Positions 27,435-35,095 of a stretch of DNA of 53,273 nt are shown here, piece after piece. This DNA is from a virus (lineage: Duplodnaviria > Caudoviricetes), in IMG/VR virus record IMGVR_UViG_3300042923_000379, positions 1 to 53,273 of that record. One strand, given 5' to 3'. A program made the translations under genes and the position numbers. Numbering within the stretch: position 1 is the stretch's first letter; each line of letters starts with the position of its first letter. The notes below the pieces were generated by a model. That model saw only the letters and a program-made list of their open reading frames with translations, was not told the origin of the DNA and made no database searches.

Positions 27435-28214
27435 TCACGCTATATCGTATAAATTTCTTGCTAATTCTTTTACGTCATTCTCATAAAGCTTACAAGCTAT
27501 CTCATAAAGTTCTGATACTTTATCCATAACCTTATCTATATAGTCAATTTTGCTTTTCATTTTAGGTTTATTACTTAAGTTATAAGCTTCAAATCTTCTT
27601 GTTAGGTCTATGTGATACTTCATTTCAAATTGTCTATAAAGTTCTCTCCATCTTTCTTGGAAGTTTGCTCCTTTATATCTAACAACCCTATTTAAAATCT
27701 GTCTCTTTTCTGCTAAAGTAACTTTATCTACTAAAGCGATTATTACGCCCTCTTTATGTTCGATAGATTTCTGCTGCTCTATTATCAACTCATTTTGCTT
27801 TCTTACAGTTTCTAAAGTTTGTTTGAACATTAATTTGGTTCCATCATCTGCAAATTTCAAATAAGTATTAACAAATAGATCGTCATTATTTACATATCCG
27901 CCAGTTTTTCTTATAGTTGGTAATACTTCATCAAATATCCATGATTCAAATTTATCAGCACCAGGTAATTCAGATTTAGCAGCTAACCTATAAATATCGC
28001 CTTCGGCTATGCAATTCATTAGTTGTTCACCGCTATTGGTAGGGACTAGGCGTTTCACCGACCCCTTGCAATGTCTTTTAATTGCACTATTTGGATCTTT
28101 GTAACCTAATGATTTTGCTATATCAATTCCTACTGCATAAACTTTATTTTCAATTTCTAGCCATCTTACTTCTCCAAATTGTTCATTTTTAAATATTTGT
28201 AAGTTCAAACTCAT
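27435..28214 (-). CDS. BRO-N domain antirepressor
   Basis: LQIFKNEQFGEVR..DIAKSLGY..EGDIYRL..SELPGADKFESWIFDEVLPTIRKTGGY. Confidence 0.92.
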   Translation of the reverse strand: MSLNLQIFKNEQFGEVRWLEIENKVYAVGIDIAKSLGYKDPNSAIKRHCKGSVKRLVPTNSGEQLMNCIAEGDIYRLAAKSELPGADKFESWIFDEVLPTIRKTGGYVNNDDLFVNTYLKFADDGTKLMFKQTLETVRKQNELIIEQQKSIEHKEGVIIALVDKVTLAEKRQILNRVVRYKGANFQERWRELYRQFEMKYHIDLTRRFEAYNLSNKPKMKSKIDYIDKVMDKVSELYEIACKLYENDVKELARNLYDIA

Positions 28215-28219
28215 TCCTC

Positions 28220-28423
28220 CTATCCTCTAATTGCTTTTATAACTTCATCTGTAGAAGCATTTATTGTTGTACTAATCTTTTCTAAAACGTCAGTACTTGG
28301 GTTCGAATAAAACCCAGTGTTAAGTCTTGATAAATATGGTATTGATATATTTGCTTCTTCTGATAGTTTTGTAAAAGTATATCCTCTGTCTTTACAAAGT
28401 TGTCTTAAACTCACATCCCACAC
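28220..28423 (-). CDS. Cro-like XRE regulator
   Basis: GYTFTKLSEEANISIPYLSRL..NPSTDVLEKIS; divergent from the repressor; true start may be slightly downstream. Confidence 0.85.
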   Translation of the reverse strand: MWDVSLRQLCKDRGYTFTKLSEEANISIPYLSRLNTGFYSNPSTDVLEKISTTINASTDEVIKAIRG

Positions 28424-28435
28424 CTCCTTTCAGCC

Positions 28436-28494
28436 AAAATAAAAAGAGCCATTCAGCTCTCATGCTCAATTTGCACGAGTAACTAAATGGCTCT
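28436..28494 (-). terminator. terminator/attenuator between the Com-like gene and cro
   Basis: AGAGCCATT...AATGGCTCT stem followed by TTTTATTTT on the minus strand. Confidence 0.7.
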
Positions 28495-28669
28495 GAGTTC
28501 TGACCTCTCTCAACATTGTTGAACTGGGTTCTGACTTCCGGCACTTTACGTTATTTATTTCTACTTCTCTTTTACAACCTGTACATTTAACATATACACC
28601 TTGTATTTCATGGTCATTGTCTATCATTGCTAGTTTCCTACCACATTCACATTTAAACCATTCTCTCAT
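28466..28669 (-). CDS. Com-like zinc-finger protein
   Basis: WFKCECGRKLAMI..GVYVKCTGCKREVEI. Confidence 0.75.
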   Translation of the reverse strand: MREWFKCECGRKLAMIDNDHEIQGVYVKCTGCKREVEINNVKCRKSEPSSTMLREVRTQSHLVTRAN

Positions 28670-28867
28670 AATCTAATCACCTTTAACATATTAATCAATC
28701 CTCTCTTAAAATAATGTAATAGAATTTGTTTCTGTGTATTTGCACTAGTAATCCTCCCCAATCGTTAAATAAAAACCCTCATATGTTTCTGATAAGCTCA
28801 GCTGTCATTGTACATGTTCTTTACCTCATTTCATTTTGTTGTGTCCTTGTCCATGTCTATATATTAA

Positions 28868-29014
28868 AGCATACTTTAAATAAAGTAAAAGCCTATTTTA
28901 AAGTATATTTTAAAGTTAATGCCAATTATCTTTTATTTACGCTTTAAACCTTTAATTTTCTTTAATTTAAAAACTTTTTGTGATATATTATTTTTAGCGT
29001 ATACTATAAAGTAG
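28868..29014. promoter_or_regulatory. lysis/lysogeny control region
   Basis: repeated (TA)CTTTAAA/TTTAAAG(TA) boxes; plus-strand TTTAAT-17-TATATT (28961-28989) with TGn upstream of the repressor. Confidence 0.55.
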
Positions 29015-29024
29015 GAGGATCATT

Positions 29025-29456
29025 ATGTCTATAATAGGTGATAATTTAAGAAGAATAAGAAAAGAAAAGAATATTTCTCAGATGGATCTATATAGAATTA
29101 CTAAAGTGAGTAATGTATATATTAATAAAATCGAAAAAGGTGTTTACGATAACCCTTCGTTTGATGTAATTGAAAGACTTGCATTTGGATTAAATTGTAC
29201 TATAGATGATTTAACTAGAAATACAGAAGAAGATAATGAAAAAAATATATATGAAATGATAGAAGAAATACTAAAGAAAAATAATATGCATAACGAAGAA
29301 ACTCAAGTAGCAGCTCTTTTACTAGCGAAATTACGTTCAAATAATTTAATAAATGAAGATTTTGAAATGACACCTAGTCTCGTGAAGCTACTTGAAGAAG
29401 CTATTCGTTTAGATGCAAAAATAGAGAAAAATATCAAGAACGCAGAAGATGAATAA
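29025..29456 (+). CDS. CI-like XRE repressor
   Basis: IGDNLRRIRKEKNISQMDL..YINKIEKG..NPSFDVIERLAFGL; AGGAGG RBS. Confidence 0.88.
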   Translation: MSIIGDNLRRIRKEKNISQMDLYRITKVSNVYINKIEKGVYDNPSFDVIERLAFGLNCTIDDLTRNTEEDNEKNIYEMIEEILKKNNMHNEETQVAALLLAKLRSNNLINEDFEMTPSLVKLLEEAIRLDAKIEKNIKNAEDE

Positions 29457-29708
29457 TTTTACTTATATCAATAGAATTAGTAGACAATAGAGAATTAATA
29501 AGAATAACAGCTTGGACTATATTTTTAGATTTATCAGTTTTTTTCATAAAAACAACCCCTTTGTTATTTCATTAACATAATTATACTACGAATTTTTATG
29601 CATGCCGTGAATAATTCCGACAAATTAACACACGCTTAAAACTTCTTGTAATTATTTTCTAGTATTATTTATTTTAATAATAATGTATAATTCCTCTGAT
29701 TATTATTT

Positions 29709-29715
29709 TGTCGAA
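29709..29715 (+). promoter_or_regulatory. Spo0A box (0A box)
   Basis: perfect TGTCGAA between TATAAT (29686-29691) and the RBS of the HTH-recombinase operon. Confidence 0.55.
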
Positions 29716-29731
29716 ATACGGAGGAATAAAA

Positions 29732-30040
29732 TTGGAATACATAAGAAAAGGATTAAGATTAACGCAAGAAGAACTAGCAAAAAAAATGGGAGTAAGTCAA
29801 TCTAAAGTAAGTAGATGGGAAAGGGGGATTAATTTAGAACATATGTCCATAGGAGAAATGATAAAGATATCAGAATTAGTCGGCCAATGCCCTATATCTG
29901 TAATGTGCATGTTTGTAAATAGACTTAAATATTGTAACGCCATGATGGGACAAATAAACTTTAGTGAATGCTATCTTATGAAAAAGTATCATAAGGACTT
30001 TATGGAGGAAATAAATGAAAGTAGCGATATATTCTCGTAA
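29732..30040 (+). CDS. XRE HTH protein overlapping the recombinase start
   Basis: GGAGG at 29720-29724 then TTG; LTQEELAKKMGVSQSKVSRWERG. Confidence 0.85.
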   Translation: MEYIRKGLRLTQEELAKKMGVSQSKVSRWERGINLEHMSIGEMIKISELVGQCPISVMCMFVNRLKYCNAMMGQINFSECYLMKKYHKDFMEEINESSDIFS

Positions 30041-31619
30041 AAGTAAATTTACTGGTAAAGGTGAATCTATAGATAATCAAATCCAAATTTGCAAGGATCA
30101 TATCAAATATAAATATCCTGGGGAAAATATTGAGTTTTTAGAATATGAAGATGAGGGGTTTTCTGGAAAGAATATAGATAGACCATCCTTTTCTAAAATG
30201 ATGAAAGATGCTAAAGAAAAGAAGTTTGAAGTATTAATATGTTATAGACTTGATAGAATAGCAAGAAATGTTGGTAGGTTCTCCGATACTGTAGAAGTAT
30301 TGATGGAAAAGAACATAACTTTTATATCTGTAACTGAAGATGTTAACACTAATACTATAATGGGTAGAGCTGTAATGAATATATCGGCTGTATTCGCCCA
30401 AATGGAGCGTGAGACTATTGCTGAACGTGTTAGAGATAATATGCTTGAACTTGCTAAAACAGGTCGTTGGCTAGGGGGACAAACTCCCCTTGGCTTTAAA
30501 AGTGAGCAAATAGTTTATCTTGATGAAAATTTTAAAGAAAGAACTATGTATAAATTATCTCCGCTAGAAGAAGAACTTAAGCTTGTTAAACTGATTTATG
30601 ATAAATACATTGAATTAAAATCCTTAAGACAAGTTACAACTTATCTTTTAATTAATAACTTTAAAACTAAGAATAATTCTAACTGGAATACAAAGGCTGT
30701 ATTAGGCGTTCTAACAAGTCCAACTTACGTAAAAGCCAATGATAAGGTTAAAGATTATTTAACCTCTCTTGGCGTTGTTTGTGTAGGTAAAATGGATAAT
30801 AAACACGCTATATTAACTTATAATAAGAAAAAAGGTACTGAGTTTAGAAATATGTCAGAATGGATTGCGGCCGTAGCTAAACATGAAGGGATAATTGATG
30901 CTGATATATGGTTATCTATTCAAGATACATTAAAGGATAATAAATCAAAAGCACCTAGACTTGGTAAAACTAATAAGGCGATATTAACAGGTTTATTAAG
31001 ATGCGGTGATTGTGGTTCTAGTATGGGCATTGTGCATGGTCCATTAAGAAAAGATGGTACTAAACTATATTATTATTCTTGTACCCTTAAAATGAACTCT
31101 AAAGGCATTAGATGTAGTTCTAAAAATGTTAATTCAAACCTTATAGAAAAAGCTGTTATAGATAAAATAAAAACATATGCAAAAGATGATTCCACGTTAT
31201 TAAAAGACTTGGATAAAAATTTAGTTAAAAATACTAATAATAAAGTTGAAATAAATAATCTCGAAAAATCTATAGATGATAAGAAAGCAGCTATTAAAAA
31301 TTTAGTTAATCAACTTTCTCAAAATAGTAATTCTATAGCATCTAAATATATCATAGAAGAAATCGAGAAGTTAGAAAAAGATATTATTGAAGCTACTAAA
31401 CAACTTGAAGAAATAAACTTTAAAAATAAAGAAATGGAAAACCATAAAGCAAATATAGATCTATTAAAAGAATATATAAAGAAATTCTATGAAGAAATAG
31501 ATAATTTAGATAATGAGGATAAAAAGAAAATACTAAATACCTTAATAGATAGGATTGATTGGTATTCTGAAGAAAATGAGATTAACATAACTTTGTTTGG
31601 AGACACTAAAAAAAACTAA
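30015..31619 (+). CDS. large serine recombinase (integrase)
   Basis: VAIYSRKS catalytic motif, YEDEGFSGKNIDRP, YRLDRIAR, recombinase domain, LRCGDCG..YYSC..C zinc ribbon, coiled coil. Confidence 0.96.
   Translation: MKVAIYSRKSKFTGKGESIDNQIQICKDHIKYKYPGENIEFLEYEDEGFSGKNIDRPSFSKMMKDAKEKKFEVLICYRLDRIARNVGRFSDTVEVLMEKNITFISVTEDVNTNTIMGRAVMNISAVFAQMERETIAERVRDNMLELAKTGRWLGGQTPLGFKSEQIVYLDENFKERTMYKLSPLEEELKLVKLIYDKYIELKSLRQVTTYLLINNFKTKNNSNWNTKAVLGVLTSPTYVKANDKVKDYLTSLGVVCVGKMDNKHAILTYNKKKGTEFRNMSEWIAAVAKHEGIIDADIWLSIQDTLKDNKSKAPRLGKTNKAILTGLLRCGDCGSSMGIVHGPLRKDGTKLYYYSCTLKMNSKGIRCSSKNVNSNLIEKAVIDKIKTYAKDDSTLLKDLDKNLVKNTNNKVEINNLEKSIDDKKAAIKNLVNQLSQNSNSIASKYIIEEIEKLEKDIIEATKQLEEINFKNKEMENHKANIDLLKEYIKKFYEEIDNLDNEDKKKILNTLIDRIDWYSEENEINITLFGDTKKN
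31610..31616 (+). other. candidate -1 frameshift heptamer A_AAA_AAC
   Basis: directly before the recombinase TAA; the -1 frame opens at 31610 and runs to 32080. Confidence 0.6.
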
Positions 31620-32080
31620 ATGATACATTGCAGTTTGTTGATACAAGCATCTGCTCTAGTAGACAAAACACAATTATTAAAGTTGAAAAAGCAAATACAA
31701 TTAATAAAGAAACTTTTGGGGAATATCTTAGATATTATAGGATTGAAAAGAATTTATCTCAACAAGATTTATCCGAGCTTACTGGAATATCAAGGTCATT
31801 TATTGATAGCATAGAAAAAGACAATCACATACTTTCTAAAGATACTTTGTTAAAACTTAACAAGGTTTTTGATATATATAAATTCCCTTTAGATGATTAC
31901 TATAAATTTATATTACAAGATACTTCCGAATATTTTAAGAGTTGGAGAAGTAAAAATAAATTATCTTTAAGAGCTGCGGCCAACATATTAAATGTTCCTC
32001 ATTCTACTCTACGTTATTGGGAAAAAGGAAATATAATAAATAAAGAAACTTATTTAAATATAAAAAGCTTGTTAAAATAG
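31616..32080 (+). CDS. tandem XRE HTH domains; probably a -1-frame extension of the recombinase
   Basis: FGEYLRYYRIEKNLSQQDLSELTGISRS and FKSWRSKNKLSLRAAANILNVPHSTLRYWEKG; no RBS before TTG 31628. Confidence 0.75.
   Translation, partial: LNDTLQFVDTSICSSRQNTIIKVEKANTINKETFGEYLRYYRIEKNLSQQDLSELTGISRSFIDSIEKDNHILSKDTLLKLNKVFDIYKFPLDDYYKFILQDTSEYFKSWRSKNKLSLRAAANILNVPHSTLRYWEKGNIINKETYLNIKSLLK
31627..31674. other. candidate attP site
   Basis: 48-bp imperfect inverted repeat ATTGcagTTTGT..AGCA-TC-TGCT..ACAAAacaCAAT around a central dinucleotide (31650-31651). Confidence 0.55.
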
Positions 32081-32103
32081 AATACTCTACTAACAAGCTT
32101 TTT
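32062..32103. terminator. bidirectional terminator between convergent genes
   Basis: AAAAAGCTTGTTA...TAACAAGCTTTTT. Confidence 0.75.
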
Positions 32104-32106
32104 GCT

Positions 32107-32580
32107 TTAGAATCCTGTTACTTCTTTAATCTTATAAGACGTTGCGTTTTTATCAAATATCATTGCCTTAAAAGACCATACTCCATCTTTTTCAAGGTTG
32201 TTGATATTATCCATAGTACTGCCTGTTTGATTTCCATCTTTATCATACAAATTAATTTCAATCTGTAGATAAGACCTATCCTTGCCAGAATTATTTTTAA
32301 TTTTACCTACTACGTATCTAGTGTATTGATCTCCTTCTATTTTTTCTTCTAGGATTTCATATTTCTTTGTCTGTTCCTCAATTTGCTTTGCTGCTTTATC
32401 CTCTTTAGGTGTTTTATCGCCGAATATAGCACCTAGTATCACAAGGAATAATATTATACCTATTCCAATCCCTAGAACCTTTAAACACCCTCCTGCGTTT
32501 CTTTGTCCACATTTAGGACATACCTTTGCACTTTTAGAAATAGTTTCTCCGCATGCTTTACATTGTTTTAATTTTGCCAT
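32107..32580 (-). CDS. zinc-ribbon + TM + FxLYD-domain membrane protein (lysogenic conversion / possible superinfection exclusion)
   Basis: CKACG..CPKCG, TM helix, VVGKIKNNSG..INLYDKDG. Confidence 0.85.
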   Translation of the reverse strand: MAKLKQCKACGETISKSAKVCPKCGQRNAGGCLKVLGIGIGIILFLVILGAIFGDKTPKEDKAAKQIEEQTKKYEILEEKIEGDQYTRYVVGKIKNNSGKDRSYLQIEINLYDKDGNQTGSTMDNINNLEKDGVWSFKAMIFDKNATSYKIKEVTGF

Positions 32581-32682
32581 TAATTATCTCCCCTTATTAT
32601 CTTAAAGTTATTATTCAATTTTAAGTATATTATGAGAAAATAAGACAAGCAATATATTCGACAAATTATCCTAAAATAAAAC

Positions 32683-32710
32683 AAGCCTAGAGAAATTAAT
32701 CCCTAGGCTT
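32683..32710 (-). terminator. hairpin terminator after the endolysin
   Basis: AAGCCTAG..CTAGGCTT followed by GTTTTATTTT on the minus strand. Confidence 0.65.
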
Positions 32711-32714
32711 ATAA

Positions 32715-33518
32715 TTATTTCTTAAATAGTTCTGAGAATGTATTAGTTCCCACTATTTTATCAGCTGTTAATCCTCTATCTTTTTGGAATTGTTCAACTG
32801 CTGCTTCAGTTAATTTACCAAAATCATTGTCTATAGCACCTTTATAATATCCTAAAGCTTTTAATCTTTCTTGTATTATTCCAGTTATATTACCATAGGC
32901 ACCTCTGCTTACAGTTATTCCATGGGTAGCTTTAATGGATAAATCTCCAAAGAAGCTATCTTCATCTAATCCTCTGTTAAATTGAATGTTAAGCTCATGT
33001 TGGAATCTTTTTATTATATCTCCATCGATATAGTATTCCCATGTAGCTTTTTGAGTTGGAACTTGAACTTCTTGTTTTACTGGAGTACCTGAACAAAGAG
33101 AACCTATATAGTTATAAAATGATCCTGGGCAGTCTGTAGACATAAAGTCTTTATGCCCATATTCTCTTATATCTCCATAAATGCTTCTTAAGTATGATCT
33201 TAATTCTTTAGCACTATTTAATTGAGCATCTGTAGGCTGTTCTACGGTGAATTTACCTTCAAAGCATATTCCAATACTATCTGAATTTTGACCTAGCGTA
33301 TGAGCTCCTATTGCTGTTAAAACTCTGCCTTGATATATTGAACCATCTTTTTTTACAAAGAAATGATAACCAATACCGCTCCATCCTCTATTAATATGTG
33401 ATCTATGAATATCTTCAACCGTACAATTATCCCAATCCGCATGATGGTATACAATCTTACTTGTCCATGTTCTATTGCTTAAATCTCCGAATTTTAAATT
33501 CTTATCTATTATATGCAT
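32715..33518 (-). CDS. endolysin: Amidase_2 + peptidoglycan-binding domain(s)
   Basis: IVYHH..RGWSGIGYHF..GAHT..SIGICFEG..GHKD..TDCPG; IDNDFGKLTEAAVEQFQKDRGLTADKIVG. Confidence 0.95.
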   Translation of the reverse strand: MHIIDKNLKFGDLSNRTWTSKIVYHHADWDNCTVEDIHRSHINRGWSGIGYHFFVKKDGSIYQGRVLTAIGAHTLGQNSDSIGICFEGKFTVEQPTDAQLNSAKELRSYLRSIYGDIREYGHKDFMSTDCPGSFYNYIGSLCSGTPVKQEVQVPTQKATWEYYIDGDIIKRFQHELNIQFNRGLDEDSFFGDLSIKATHGITVSRGAYGNITGIIQERLKALGYYKGAIDNDFGKLTEAAVEQFQKDRGLTADKIVGTNTFSELFKK

Positions 33519-33526
33519 ATTATCAC

Positions 33527-33778
33527 CTATTCATCTTTCTTAAGTTGTTTCATTAGTTGATTGCTATATACTGCTGCTCCTGTTACTAGTATCCCTTGAA
33601 TAGTTGCTTGTACAGTAAATCCACCCAATGCCACTGATCCTAAAATCCCAAGTGGAAGTAATATCAAAGGTATATTCTTATCTGCAATTCTCTCAGTTCC
33701 CTTTAAAATCATTCCCAATACATATAATGCAGGTATTAAAACTAATGCGTTTTCAGTGATGTATTTTACAAAATCCAT
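33527..33778 (-). CDS. holin
   Basis: LIPALYVLGMILK..IPLILL..IQGILVTGAAVYSNQLMKQ; immediately upstream of the lysin. Confidence 0.9.
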   Translation of the reverse strand: MDFVKYITENALVLIPALYVLGMILKGTERIADKNIPLILLPLGILGSVALGGFTVQATIQGILVTGAAVYSNQLMKQLKKDE

Positions 33779-33793
33779 AATAATCTCCCCTTT

Positions 33794-34120
33794 TTATTTC
33801 ATTTTAAAATAAGTAAAAACAATGCCTGCAATACTAGTAATTATAACTCCTAGTATTTGCAACCTAATTTTATTTGCATTGTCTCTTTGCGTTTTATCAA
33901 AGTCTTTCCAATTATCATTCAGCACATTGACAGAACTTAATATAGCTTTTATATCTCCTTTAATCTCAGTCATTTCTATAGTTGTCTTAACCTGTTCTTT
34001 ATTAAAAGAAGTCATATCTCTTTTCATTTCTGAAATATCTTTTGTATTTTGCTCTGTATTAGATTCAATCTTGATAGTTCTTTCCTCTAATCGACTAATT
34101 CTTCCTTCATAATTTTCCAT
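33794..34120 (-). CDS. XhlA-like coiled-coil + C-terminal TM lysis protein
   Basis: RISRLEER coiled coil and C-terminal TM helix; upstream of the holin. Confidence 0.7.
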   Translation of the reverse strand: MENYEGRISRLEERTIKIESNTEQNTKDISEMKRDMTSFNKEQVKTTIEMTEIKGDIKAILSSVNVLNDNWKDFDKTQRDNANKIRLQILGVIITSIAGIVFTYFKMK

Positions 34121-34121
34121 C

Positions 34122-34226
34122 TTATTTCTCCTTGTCTTTCTTAGATTTAAACAAGTTTGATAGTAATATTTTTATTCCACCTACTCCGCCACGAGGCAGT
34201 AATATCTTTTTAATCCACTCCAACAC
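34122..34226 (-). CDS. 34-aa cationic amphipathic peptide; not in the ORF track
   Basis: GGAGGTGAGG RBS, GTG overlapping the previous TAG; MLEWIKKILLPRGGVGGIKILLSNLFKSKKDKEK. Confidence 0.55.
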   Translation of the reverse strand: MLEWIKKILLPRGGVGGIKILLSNLFKSKKDKEK

Positions 34227-34477
34227 TAATCCTCACCTCCTAAGTTTCCATTTACATTTTGCACATCTTGATAGACGTTACCTTCACCATTTTCAACGTA
34301 ATTTTTTGTAAGATAAGGCGTGTGAAAATACAAAAATAAATAAACTACCACTACAATGCACAAACATACTGTCCTAACAATAGATTTTATTGTCTGCATT
34401 CTCATAATCTTTTCAAGGCGTTTAAAATATTCTTCTTGGTTTTTCTCCAATAATTTGATTACTTCGTCGATGTTCAT
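34226..34477 (-). CDS. small single-TM membrane protein
   Basis: IVRTVCLCIVVVVYLFLYF TM helix. Confidence 0.7.
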   Translation of the reverse strand: MNIDEVIKLLEKNQEEYFKRLEKIMRMQTIKSIVRTVCLCIVVVVYLFLYFHTPYLTKNYVENGEGNVYQDVQNVNGNLGGED

Positions 34478-34550
34478 TCATACACCATTTTGTAACCTTT
34501 CTGTAATTAAAATTTAATCTGTTTTTCTATATATCCGTGTATAATTAAGC

Positions 34551-34617
34551 TACATTCTTTACCGAATGTAACCTTTTGAAGGAACTACTCAGGCTTCACA
34601 CCAGTAGTTCCTTTTTT
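34551..34617 (+). ncRNA. candidate antisense small RNA
   Basis: TATAAT at 34540-34545, hairpin TACATTC/GAATGTA, terminator AAGGAACTACT/AGTAGTTCCTT followed by TTTT. Confidence 0.5.
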
Positions 34618-34792
34618 GCATAATAAAAAGAGAGTATTTCTACTCTCTAAGTTCGTAATAATTTTCTCTGATTCCTTTTATCCACTTATAACCATTGGTA
34701 TGACTTACTTTACACTAATCTATATTAATAGCTACAAATACGAATCAATTATTATATATAAGTTTAAATTGAAAGACACCCTTTCGGATGTC

Positions 34793-34963
34793 TCATTTCT
34801 TATTATTTTTTATTTCCTCCAGGAGCTTTTTTTCTTCAACAAACTCCTTCATCTTAATAGTTACCCAAGTTGATATCTTTATCCCTTCTCTTCCTGCGTA
34901 TTTACAAAACTCTTCAAACACTACTGGATCTATAGTAATGTTTTGTCTTTTTACTGCTGACAT
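34793..34963 (-). CDS. ribbon-helix-helix-like regulator
   Basis: GAGGTG RBS; MSAVKRQNITIDPVVFEEFCKYAGREGIKISTWV. Confidence 0.75.
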   Translation of the reverse strand: MSAVKRQNITIDPVVFEEFCKYAGREGIKISTWVTIKMKEFVEEKKLLEEIKNNKK

Positions 34964-35013
34964 ATAATCACCTCTTAAGATAATTATACCCAACATGTAA
35001 TTTCAAAATATAC

Positions 35014-35035
35014 TAGTGTGTATTAATACACACTA
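35014..35035. promoter_or_regulatory. perfect 22-bp palindrome, candidate operator of the RHH gene
   Basis: TAGTGTGTATTAATACACACTA. Confidence 0.6.
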
Positions 35036-35095
35036 ATTCGCATTAATTTTCTCATTTATAATCGACTAATTTTCTTCGTATACAGATTCGATTTA

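Noticed and set aside
28726-28947. Plus-strand 73-aa ORF in the immunity region
   Set aside because: No RBS, and it overlaps the promoter/operator region and leftward leader.
31620-31814. 64-aa ORF in the recombinase frame after its stop (possible readthrough)
   Set aside because: No recognisable domain; it overlaps the HTH-coding frame, and TAA is a poor readthrough codon.
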